From Sulfolobus acidocaldarius DSM 639 (GTDB lineage: Archaea; Thermoproteota; Thermoprotei_A; Sulfolobales; Sulfolobaceae), in contig NC_007181.1 in the NCBI RefSeq assembly GCF_000012285.1, positions 390,001 through 422,000 of the forward strand: DNA of 32,000 nucleotides, in the 5' to 3' direction. The translations under genes and the position numbers were made by a program. The notes beneath the pieces were generated by a model that was not told the origin of the DNA, made no database searches, and saw nothing but the letters and a program-made list of their open reading frames with translations. This document shows, in pieces, positions 15,889-23,892 of this stretch. Position 1 is the stretch's first letter. Each line of letters starts with the position of its first letter.

Positions 15889-17224
15889 AGGTTTTTTGAG
15901 GAGTAATGGGCGAAGGAAAGTGAAGAGGAGTAATATAGTTAGACTAGTTGTCTCGAAGGACGTGGGCAAGAAGTTGAGGGAGCTAGCAACATGGACTGCC
16001 AAGTGTTGGAACGAGGTTAACTGGTTGAGGATGCAACAGTTCAAGGAAGGGAAGATGGTGGACTTTAACGACACTGAGAAAGTAGTGTACGCTAAATACA
16101 AGGAGTACTTAAAGGTAAATGCCCAACAAGTGTGTAGGAAGAACGCCGAGGCATGGCGTTCCTTCTTCTCGCTAATGAAGGACAAGAAAGACGGTAAGTT
16201 GCCTAGCTGGTTTAAGCCTAGACCACCAGGGTATTGGAAGGATAAACGTGGTAGCTACAAACTGTTAATACTAATCAGAAATGATAGGTATACAGTAGAC
16301 GAGAACGCTAGAACAATTTATCTGAAGGACTTTGGGTTAACACTTCACTTCAAAGGCAAGCTTAAGTGGAAGGGCAAACAAGGAAGGTTAGAGATATTCC
16401 ATAATGGACTACATTGGTGTGCATCTATACCAGTTGAGGTGGAGGTTAACGCTAAGCCCAAAGGTAATGGTATAGCTGGAGTAGATTTAGGTATTGTTAA
16501 CTTGGCTACTGTAGTGTTCGATGATAGCTCGTGGGTGTTGTTCAAAGGTGGTTCTGTACTATCAGAGTATGAGAACTACTCTAGAAAGATTGCAATTACG
16601 CAGAAAAAGTTGTCATTGCATAAGCAAGAGAGGAGTAAGAGGTTGAAGGCGTTGTTTCTAAAGAGGAAGAGGTTCTTAAAACACGTGTTGAACTCTATGG
16701 CTAGGAAGACTGTAGAGACTGCTTACGAGAAAGGAGTATCGATAATTAAGGTCGGGTATCCCAAGGAAATATCAAAACACCACGGGAATAAGCTCACTGT
16801 AAACTTCTGGAACTACAACTACGTTATTAGGAGGATGCAAGAGGTCTCAGAGGAGTACGGCATCAAAGTCGAAACGGTGAACGAGGCTTATACTTCAATT
16901 GTGTGTTCCCTATGTGGGGAAGCCCATGAAAATGGGCGTATACACCGTGGTTTGTTTAAGTGTCCCCACATAGGGAAAGTCGTTAACGCAGACTTGAACG
17001 GGGCGATAAACATCCTACATATCCCCAAGTCCCGAGGAGGGTGGAGTGAGGGTAACTCCACCAAAGGGATAGGGGTAAAATGGCTGAAGACCCAGCCAGT
17101 GGTCTACCACTGGACGAGCGGAGCGGGGTGGGTGTTTAAATCACCCACTAGCTGTGAAGCGATGGGAATGAAGGTGGTGAACCACAGACCTGTGAACCGC
17201 CCTAGGGGAACCCTCACCCTTTAG
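15872..17224 (+). CDS. tnpB: TnpB (IS200/IS605-family RuvC-like RNA-guided nuclease), apparently intact
   Basis: GVDLGIVNLATV (RuvC-I Asp), VETVNEAYTS (Glu), the zinc-finger region CSLCG...CPH, and NADLNGAINIL (RuvC-III Asp). The real start may be GTG 15920. The last ~70 codons read through the RE/omega-RNA region. Confidence 0.85.
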   Translation: MLGLCKGFLRSNGRRKVKRSNIVRLVVSKDVGKKLRELATWTAKCWNEVNWLRMQQFKEGKMVDFNDTEKVVYAKYKEYLKVNAQQVCRKNAEAWRSFFSLMKDKKDGKLPSWFKPRPPGYWKDKRGSYKLLILIRNDRYTVDENARTIYLKDFGLTLHFKGKLKWKGKQGRLEIFHNGLHWCASIPVEVEVNAKPKGNGIAGVDLGIVNLATVVFDDSSWVLFKGGSVLSEYENYSRKIAITQKKLSLHKQERSKRLKALFLKRKRFLKHVLNSMARKTVETAYEKGVSIIKVGYPKEISKHHGNKLTVNFWNYNYVIRRMQEVSEEYGIKVETVNEAYTSIVCSLCGEAHENGRIHRGLFKCPHIGKVVNADLNGAINILHIPKSRGGWSEGNSTKGIGVKWLKTQPVVYHWTSGAGWVFKSPTSCEAMGMKVVNHRPVNRPRGTLTL

Positions 17225-17241
17225 GGCGGGGAGGAGGTCAG
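16995..17241 (+). ncRNA. Predicted omega (re)RNA scaffold of TnpB, overlapping the tnpB 3' end and the RE hairpin
   Basis: Placed by analogy with characterised TnpB systems. The same ~230 nt are conserved in the tnpB-less derivative at 28875-29110, which supports a non-protein function. The 5' limit is approximate. Confidence 0.45.
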
Positions 17242-17430
17242 CTCCACACTAACTAACCCCAACCCCTCTAACTGTCTGACGTATTTTGTTATTGTGCTAG
17301 CACTCATCCCGCCACTCTCTTTAATTAGCTGCGAGACCGTGGCTTCGCCAAGCGAATATATGAGCAGTAATAGCCTCAACGGGGGTGAGAGTAACAAGTC
17401 GAGGTTCTTGCCAATTTTGGTTCGTTCCAT
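17242..17430 (-). pseudogene. N-terminal part of the split wHTH gene (paralog F)
   Basis: MERTKIGKNLDLLLSPPLRLLLLIYSLGEATVSQLIKESGGMSASTITKYVRQLEGLGLVSVE. The track ORF (17221..17430) then reads into the RE hairpin and ends in LTSSPP*. Confidence 0.75.
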
Positions 17431-17481
17431 ACTATTTACTGTTTATGTACCATGTTAAAAGTGTTTACTCTTCTCTGTTCC

Positions 17482-17775
17482 TTAATTTTCTAGGAGGCTA
17501 TATATCTCGTCTAGCTTCTTCGCAACTACCTTTCCCTTTCCTGTAAGATATAGGAAGCGCCTCCTTGGGAACACTTCTTCCCTCCTCTCTTCTACAAGTC
17601 CAACCTCGATTAATTCACGTAGAGCGGAAGTGACAGAATTTGGACTAGAACGTGTCTTCTCAATGATATCGCTCAGGGCGGTCCCGTCGTTTTTCAGCAG
17701 AAACCTTAGAACCCTCTGTTCTATCTCACTTAGTTCCTTATGCCTTATACTCATTTCAATTACTAATCTACTCAT
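17482..17775 (-). CDS. Small wHTH regulator, paralog G
   Basis: 97 aa. LSEIEQRVLRFLLKNDGTALSDIIE...LIEVGLVEERREEVFPRRRFLYLTGKGKVVA. Confidence 0.7.
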   Translation of the reverse strand: MSRLVIEMSIRHKELSEIEQRVLRFLLKNDGTALSDIIEKTRSSPNSVTSALRELIEVGLVEERREEVFPRRRFLYLTGKGKVVAKKLDEIYSLLEN

Positions 17776-17847
17776 AATACCTTAAAAGCTTTATGCTTTA
17801 CGTAAAACATTTTTACATAATACATAAATTGAAATGTTTAAAAACTC

Positions 17848-18144
17848 GTGTTCGATAAAGCTCCTATGGATCTATATAAGCATAAAATTATATTTGTAAC
17901 TATTTATTCGCTACTAGAATCTATAGTTGCTTGTATACTTTTAGGACAACAATTTCTTCATTTCGTAACGTCTGTCCTTAACCCAATAGCGATATCAGTA
18001 GAAACTTATGCTAATATCGTCGTTTTCTACGCTCTAATTATCGGTGGCCTATTTATCCTTTTTTGGCCTATTAATTTCATCTTTCTTGAGATAGGCTTTA
18101 AAATAGCAGATTGGATCCAAGACCGATACCCATGGTTTTTTTAA
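17848..18144 (+). CDS. Small integral membrane protein (98 aa, GTG start)
   Basis: Three hydrophobic segments. No motif recognised. Confidence 0.45.
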   Translation: MFDKAPMDLYKHKIIFVTIYSLLESIVACILLGQQFLHFVTSVLNPIAISVETYANIVVFYALIIGGLFILFWPINFIFLEIGFKIADWIQDRYPWFF

Positions 18145-18514
18145 ATAGAGAAAAATCATAATCACCAACGTTTCTAAGGAGTTTAGCTAGCTACAGTCTT
18201 CTAGAGAAATTAGAGGGCATAATTTATGAAAAACAACTTTACAGTTTATATTTGATTTTTAACTTAAAGAATATTAGAGGTGAGTTTTCATTGGTAGCAG
18301 TAATCCAGATCCTCCTAGGATAGTCAGAAGGGCAGTAATTAGGAAGATTATAGATACTTTTCTACCAAACTTTCTACAGGATATTCTAAAGCAGTCAAAC
18401 GGCCAACTGGCTTACATTAGAATAAATAATCGTAGTAAAAATGATGATTATACTGCAGAGTTTATCAAAGATCGTAATCTAGGCATAGAAAAAGTAAAAA
18501 TAAAGCGGTCAGTT

Positions 18515-19345
18515 GTGGACGATCTCTCAAAAGGTATACAAGGAGTGCAAGTAGCTCAACTAAGTATCGTATATAATAATGGAAGCCTTACTAAAGTTAC
18601 TAATTGTAATAATCAACCTAATTGTAACAACATTGAAATCAAACTTGAAGATATCGAGAATTATGTTACTGAGGACTTCTTCTTGAACTTGCATCACCTG
18701 AATTATGAACTTGACATGTTAGTAAACTTGATCTTTAATCCGAATGTTCAAAAGTATTATGACATTCCATACGTTGGAAATGCGATGGTAGAATCTTACA
18801 GAACACATTTAAGAATGTTCTTTACGTTTTTTGGATATGATTTACAAGCACAAAGTCAACAGCAAATCCAGGGAGGACATTTTGATGAAGCTAGATGTGT
18901 TGATTATGTAGATTATCTTAACAGCTATAGGAATGTCTCACCTCAAATACCTATAGACATATGCGACATAACAACGAATACCAATTTAACTAGAGACCAA
19001 GTAGAACTGTTAAAGGCTAAATTAAACTTAGCAACTGAACATTTGTCTTACATTAGGTCAGAAATCGATAAAGACATTAGGGAGCCTGGACCGTACGAAA
19101 TATTAATTGCAATAAAAAGTATATGTAAGAAGATGGACGTGTTTTATAATAATATTTTAAATAATTACATAAATACTCTCATTAACGTGAACTCATTAAT
19201 AGTGAAGTGGCAGGCGTTATTGCAGAGAGCCACAGGTTTGCCAACTGACCCTCCACAATCACCTAACCAATGGATTCTTACTACCTTAGAGGGCAATATT
19301 AATATCCTTAGGGGCTACATACAAAAGCTAGGCGGAAATTGTTAG
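18515..19345 (+). CDS. Hypothetical Asn-rich protein; the 5' end is uncertain
   Basis: 276 aa from GTG 18515. The same frame is open, with protein-like composition, from 18284 but has no canonical start codon there. Confidence 0.5.
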   Translation: MDDLSKGIQGVQVAQLSIVYNNGSLTKVTNCNNQPNCNNIEIKLEDIENYVTEDFFLNLHHLNYELDMLVNLIFNPNVQKYYDIPYVGNAMVESYRTHLRMFFTFFGYDLQAQSQQQIQGGHFDEARCVDYVDYLNSYRNVSPQIPIDICDITTNTNLTRDQVELLKAKLNLATEHLSYIRSEIDKDIREPGPYEILIAIKSICKKMDVFYNNILNNYINTLINVNSLIVKWQALLQRATGLPTDPPQSPNQWILTTLEGNINILRGYIQKLGGNC

Positions 19346-19514
19346 CTTTTCACTATATCCTTGCTCCTCTATACCCTTAAAAATTAGCATTTTTGGCTTT
19401 AAACACTTCTCGCATTGGGGTTAATGGGTTACTTAATTTACAGGCTTACCCAAGGCAAGCTTTGATAATTTCAGACAGCCCATCTATAAGTCTACGTCCT
19501 TAAATTTATGTTAC

Positions 19515-19557
19515 AAAGTGACGAAAGCCTCGTCCTTTAGGGCGGGGAGGAAGTCAG
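19515..19557 (+). repeat. Hairpin unit (PATE/REP-like)
   Basis: aaagtgacgaaagcctcgtcctttagggcggggaggaagtcag, preceded by ttac (19511-19514). It lies between convergent genes. Confidence 0.7.
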
Positions 19558-19590
19558 GCTATAGAAATTAGGATAATATGAAAAAGGTAT

Positions 19591-20127
19591 CTATTTCCAT
19601 GAGATTCTACATAAGACGAAATTTCTATTGTCAATAAACGAGATAAATTTTTCTTTTCCCCATGTGAATAGAACATCGTGACCCTTAACATTATTTATGT
19701 TTATCGGTATTGACCAACCAGGATCAAATATGATTCCATGGGCCACAACTGTATTATTTTTTAAATCTTTTCCTCTTATCTCAAATTTTGCTAAACAACC
19801 CAAAATTAAAGTTTTACCTATTTTACTGACAATGTTTTTTGATATGATCATATCTTCCATAGTGACTATGTCTACGTGATCGAATGACAAGCAGTAGCTT
19901 GACGCAATCAATCTTAGATTCTCTGGAACCCTGAATTCTGTTTTTACTTTTTCAGTTTCAGTAAAAGGAAGTAAATAGAAAGTAAAATTTATCTTTTCCT
20001 TTGGCGGTAGTGATTTTAAAAGTGATGTTAGGAAGGAATCCTTACTTATAATTAATCTATCTATGGCTGTGTTGAGAATAGAAAGCCATTCCTCATTTTT
20101 TTCTGTTATTTCATCCAAGGTTTCCAT
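19591..20127 (-). CDS. Hypothetical protein (178 aa)
   Basis: ORF with normal composition, downstream of 20152..20490 on the same strand. Confidence 0.55.
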   Translation of the reverse strand: METLDEITEKNEEWLSILNTAIDRLIISKDSFLTSLLKSLPPKEKINFTFYLLPFTETEKVKTEFRVPENLRLIASSYCLSFDHVDIVTMEDMIISKNIVSKIGKTLILGCLAKFEIRGKDLKNNTVVAHGIIFDPGWSIPININNVKGHDVLFTWGKEKFISFIDNRNFVLCRISWK

Positions 20128-20151
20128 ATTACATCCCTATTCCACATAGTG

Positions 20152-20490
20152 CTAAACAACCAGGAGCTGCTCCAAACCTGACTTCCGCTCTTGCCCAAGG
20201 TACTTTACCCTCATTCTTTTGCAACTGTTCGATAGCGGAACCTTTTCTGATGGGTAATATCTGTTATCTGTATCTATACAGCGTAAATGGAAACCTTCTT
20301 CCTTTAGGCTATCAGGTAATTTAAAGCCGTATATTTCAGCAACCTTTAGTGGATCTTTTACGAATTCAGACCTTAGACTCGGATTAGCTGACAATTGTCT
20401 ATCCAGTTCAAACAATGGGGTGAAGTCGATTTTACTCATTTGCACAAACATCATCCTAACTTTTTCCTTTATATTTTCCTCTTGTTCCAT
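20152..20490 (-). CDS. Hypothetical protein (start moved to MEQEEN)
   Basis: The track ORF runs 20152..20511. The first seven codons (MLLRLFF) look like a promoter read-through. Confidence 0.5.
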   Translation of the reverse strand: MEQEENIKEKVRMMFVQMSKIDFTPLFELDRQLSANPSLRSEFVKDPLKVAEIYGFKLPDSLKEEGFHLRCIDTDNRYYPSEKVPLSNSCKRMRVKYLGQERKSGLEQLLVV

Positions 20491-20772
20491 AAAGAATAAT
20501 CTCAATAACATATATTAAATTATCGTAGGTGTCATCCCTACCATAGACAACCAGCTTAATGAATATCATTAATCTGTAACGGAGTCCTCCTTCTCGAAGT
20601 ATTCGCCTTTCTGGTCTTGCTCCCAGAAGCTAACCAACTCCAACTTTCTCACCTTCATCCCTTCACATGCGTATTACTTTCAACTCACGAAGAGATAGGG
20701 AACACCTACGCTTCCGCTACACTTTGCATGCCCTCTCTTCTCTACATTAAGACGACATAATATAGAGTATAG

Positions 20773-21165
20773 TTAACTCCCCAGTTAACTGAGAAAAATA
20801 AAATGTAAAAGTCTGCTTTGGTCCTGTCCTATATTCAATTAACTTATCAGTTTCTGTAAAAGTAACTGTAAACTGAAACAAATATAACTAACACTATTAC
20901 TACTACTTAATCTAAAACTCTAAAACAAAAACTCAAACTTTTACACTCTTTTACATTTAGGCTAAAGATTTGCTAAAGTCTTGCTAAATTGCACTTTTAG
21001 ATTTATTTTTGAGAAAAAGTTTAGAAAAAGCGATAAGAAGGAGGCTCACAAAAAGGCATTTGGACCCAGCTAGAGGAGTATAGGCTATGGGTAAAATCTG
21101 CTACTTGTGCATGAGTAGTAGTAAATAATAGTAGTTGAATTTCTCTCATTTAACTGGGGAGTTTA
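20773..21165. mobile_element. Second copy of the MITE-like element (~393 bp)
   Basis: The termini are ttaactccccagttaactgagaaaaat and gaatttctctcatttaactggggagttta. The interior shares aaactgaaacaaata..actattactactact and aaactcaaac..ttttacactc with the copy at 13484-13809. Confidence 0.7.
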
Positions 21166-21378
21166 TTCAGTTTATCCCACGTCGTCAGTTTGAGGATAGG
21201 ATCCTTCCTTACTTTTACGTCCCATTTTTCAAAATTGTAGCTAAAAAATTAAATTAAGTTTCAGCTGCAGCTGATATGAGTTTAGATTTCTCTCGATTGA
21301 TAAAGAAGTTTTTACAATTATTATTTTTTAAACAAAGCATAAGACATAAATAGTTAGGTTACATCAAGTTAACTTAGA

Positions 21379-22086
21379 ATGTCTTTAACAGTAGAACTTA
21401 GGAATTCTATTGAGCAAGTTTACTTGTTTAAGCCAAGTGGAGTACAATTACGGTCATTGGGGATTCCTCAAGACTATGTAAAAAAGGTAGATGAAGAGAT
21501 AAAGAAGTTACTTGACGATGAGGAGTTAAAGAACGGCACGTTAGAAGTGATGTCTGGTCTGTTTAGCTATTTAACGACACTAGATATTGACGATCTTACT
21601 AAGATAGAGGACTTCATGAAAAAATACCCAGCGAAATTACAACAGCTTGATAATCTTTATAAATTATTAGAGAACCTCCCTGCTGAGGAGTATAAGGAGT
21701 ATTGGCTAGGCAAATATTATGGGCTACTGGACAAGCTTGTGAAGGCGAAAGAGGAGTTCATGAGGACCATTGAAGAGAGGGAGGGGGTTAACACCATAAT
21801 GGAGTTCTACTACAAGGTCTTCCTAGGACTGTTAACTGACCTAGTAGAGAACATTAGGCGTTACGAGACAGTAGAAAGGTTAAAGGCTAGAGATGACGCA
21901 AAGCTGAGAGCTTTAATGTCAACGACAAATACTCTCATATTTGTTCTTTCTTACCCCATAATTGCATACTTGGAGGGGGATAAATTAGATTATGAAATCC
22001 TAACTTACCTGATAACCATTTTTGCTAAACCTTCCACAATTAAGGATAAGTACAGTGAGATTATAGGTGAGGCACTTTTTGGATAA
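21379..22086 (+). CDS. All-helical hypothetical protein (235 aa), upstream partner of the PIN-like gene
   Basis: The ORF overlaps the downstream gene by 20 nt. Confidence 0.55.
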   Translation: MSLTVELRNSIEQVYLFKPSGVQLRSLGIPQDYVKKVDEEIKKLLDDEELKNGTLEVMSGLFSYLTTLDIDDLTKIEDFMKKYPAKLQQLDNLYKLLENLPAEEYKEYWLGKYYGLLDKLVKAKEEFMRTIEEREGVNTIMEFYYKVFLGLLTDLVENIRRYETVERLKARDDAKLRALMSTTNTLIFVLSYPIIAYLEGDKLDYEILTYLITIFAKPSTIKDKYSEIIGEALFG

Positions 22087-22927
22087 ATGTTTTGCATTAG
22101 ACACAAATATACTCCTTGATTACTTCTATGACTTTATGGATAAGAATAGGCATCTACAAGCCGAAAAACTAGTCAAAAGTTTGAAGGGTAGGTCCTCCGA
22201 GATTTACATACCCAATACAGTGAAGACTGAAGTTCTTGAAATAACAGCTGGGTCCTTTGCAATATTAAGAAATTCACTTATATTGGAAATGCAGAAGATT
22301 AATTGGGATAACCTCTCTATAGAAGAACGAGATAAAGCACTAGATAGGATTAGGGATAACTTTGATGAGCTGTTTGAGAATACACGAAAGAAGCTTTATC
22401 CTGATACTACTCCAGGCATCAGGTTGTTCCTCGCAAAGAGGCTTTTCTCTAAACTTCGTAATGAGCTTATAAATAGAAGGCTGTCAGAAATTAAAGATTT
22501 TGTACTTACAGAGAATAGGATAAAAGATTCAGAAGAATATTTAATTCGCAGAATATCTAATGAGTTTTCATTATTTCCTAGTTTAATATCTATCAGTAGT
22601 TCTTCTGAAGAGCTTATGAAGTTGAATATATTTATGCGTGCGTTTGGAAAAGTAAAAAACATAGGCCTTATTGACTCGACACTCTTTTCTGAAATTTTTC
22701 TGGCGTTAAAGGGTGGTGTTTGTGAAAGTATAACTCTTATAAGCAATGACTATGACTTAGCCACAATAAAGGAATCTCTCTTAAATAACTTAAATGATTT
22801 CATAAAATCTAGCAGTAACAACGATCATAGGAATTACGCTGAAGAGATGAGGGACCTAATTCATTCTAATTTGAAAGTTGTAAAGCTAGAAGAAATATTA
22901 AATAAGCTGGCCTCATCACCTACATAA
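22067..22927 (+). CDS. PIN-like nuclease domain protein with a ~130-aa internal insertion (GTG start)
   Basis: The N-terminus has FALDTNILLDY (first Asp) and TEVLEI (Glu). The C-terminus has GLIDSTLF and LISNDYDLA (third and fourth Asp). Confidence 0.55.
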   Translation: MRHFLDKCFALDTNILLDYFYDFMDKNRHLQAEKLVKSLKGRSSEIYIPNTVKTEVLEITAGSFAILRNSLILEMQKINWDNLSIEERDKALDRIRDNFDELFENTRKKLYPDTTPGIRLFLAKRLFSKLRNELINRRLSEIKDFVLTENRIKDSEEYLIRRISNEFSLFPSLISISSSSEELMKLNIFMRAFGKVKNIGLIDSTLFSEIFLALKGGVCESITLISNDYDLATIKESLLNNLNDFIKSSSNNDHRNYAEEMRDLIHSNLKVVKLEEILNKLASSPT

Positions 22928-22965
22928 CTGACCTCCTCCCCACCCTGAGAGGTCTCTTTCATTTC
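22928..22965 (-). repeat. Degenerate hairpin unit directly after the PIN-like stop codon
   Basis: ctgacctcctccccaccctgagaggtctctttcatttc. Confidence 0.5.
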
Positions 22966-22981
22966 TTAAAAATATATCAGG

Positions 22982-23086
22982 TTAATAGTCGTTTTGGCAC
23001 TTTTCATTACAATATGTGAATTTCGGCCAATTATATTCGTCTGCTAGTTTTGTTATGGTCTTTTCCTTTTCATCTTTTGTCTTCAT
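22982..23086 (-). CDS. Possible small ORF (34 aa) coupled by an ATGA overlap to the upstream gene
   Basis: Hand translation gives MKTKDEKEKTITKLADEYNWPKFTYCNEKCQNDY. The only support is the 4-nt start/stop overlap. Confidence 0.25.
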   Translation of the reverse strand: MKTKDEKEKTITKLADEYNWPKFTYCNEKCQNDY

Positions 23087-23667
23087 AAAATTCTCGATAT
23101 CTTTGCATTTTTTATCTCTCTGATTAATTGGCACATCTTCTTCAGGAAACAGAAGTAGTCGCCCTCATTGACCCTACTATATGACTTACGTATGTAATGC
23201 TCAGCTATGCATCTATCCCACATCACAAAGAAGTTTGGAAAAAGTATATGCAGTATTTTCGATGTAGCAGTTGGGCCAACTCCTTCTATATTATCCAGAC
23301 GTCTGTATGCCTTCTTAATTATATCTTCATATTTTTCAAGATTCTCATCTTCGCATAGTCTTTTGTTAGAAAGGTCTTTCAATAAATCGAACTTGATATA
23401 TCTTATCTCACTTGCAAGTTTATCTTCGCTTTCGCTAATGTCACTTGCACTTAAAACGTGCCAGCTCTGCAGGAATTTGATTAACTCCTGCGCTGCTGTT
23501 TTAGAGTTTACTTCATCATTCTCATTTCTAATTTTCTCTACAGCATCTAAGGCTCTAAAATACGCTTTATCATCACGTCTAAAACAACAACGCCATATTT
23601 TAAGATACTCCTTAAACTCTTCACAATTTGGTATATCGACTTTTTCAGAGCATTCCTCATTAGACAT
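23083..23667 (-). CDS. Hypothetical protein (194 aa) with an HhH-like GVGPTATSKILHILFP segment
   Basis: ORF with normal composition. The antisense ORF 23207..23692 is rejected. The motif assignment is weak. Confidence 0.55.
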   Translation of the reverse strand: MSNEECSEKVDIPNCEEFKEYLKIWRCCFRRDDKAYFRALDAVEKIRNENDEVNSKTAAQELIKFLQSWHVLSASDISESEDKLASEIRYIKFDLLKDLSNKRLCEDENLEKYEDIIKKAYRRLDNIEGVGPTATSKILHILFPNFFVMWDRCIAEHYIRKSYSRVNEGDYFCFLKKMCQLIREIKNAKISRIL

Positions 23668-23749
23668 ATATATAATTACAAAACTGAATTAATAAAATAT
23701 ACTGAGATGACTGACCTAAAGGTAAGACTCTTGTCCTTTAGAATGACCA

Positions 23750-23785
23750 TAGTTGAATTTTTTCTCAGTCAACCGGGGAGTTAAT
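23750..23785. repeat. Truncated right-end remnant of the MITE family
   Basis: tagttgaattttttctcagtcaaccggggagttaa; compare 21133-21165. Confidence 0.5.
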
Positions 23786-23892
23786 TCAAAATGGTTTTTC
23801 ATCAGGCTAAGGAAGACCAAGACCATGATCTCATAAAAATGGGAAAAGGCTAGTCTGAGACTAGATTTTTAAGGGTAATGTTAAGCCTCAGC

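Larger units (their letters stand above)
14712..17241 (+). mobile_element. 2.53-kb hairpin-bounded IS200/IS605-type block (three passenger genes plus tnpB) inserted in wHTH gene F
   Basis: The left boundary is a complete hairpin unit (14712-14762) and the right boundary is the tnpB RE hairpin ending ggaggaggtcag (17241). Deleting 14712-17241 restores a 96-codon wHTH ORF. There is no target duplication. Confidence 0.7.

Noticed and set aside
20152-20511. The segment SANPSLRSEFVKDPLKVAEIYGFKLPDSLKEEG reminded me of NHLP/Nif11-type RiPP leader peptides or LigA-like helices.
   Set aside because: This is a resemblance from memory only. There is no adjacent maturation enzyme (cyclodehydratase, radical SAM or peptidase-transporter) and no Gly-Gly cleavage motif. 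The evidence is insufficient to call.
20575-20670. A slightly GC-richer stretch holds a 29-aa minus-strand ORF (MKVRKLELVSFWEQDQKGEYFEKEDSVTD), possibly a remnant of a transposase or another gene next to the MITE.
   Set aside because: It is too short, has no recognisable motif and has no matching partner fragment in the window.
23701-23745. The inverted repeat acctaaagg...cctttag (tgactgacctaaaggtaagactcttgtcctttagaatg) was considered as another member of the hairpin-unit family or as a terminator.
   Set aside because: It shares only ctgacct and the taaagg/ccttta arms with the family and lacks the GC-rich stem. It also lies upstream of, not downstream of, the nearest gene, so a terminator role is unsupported.
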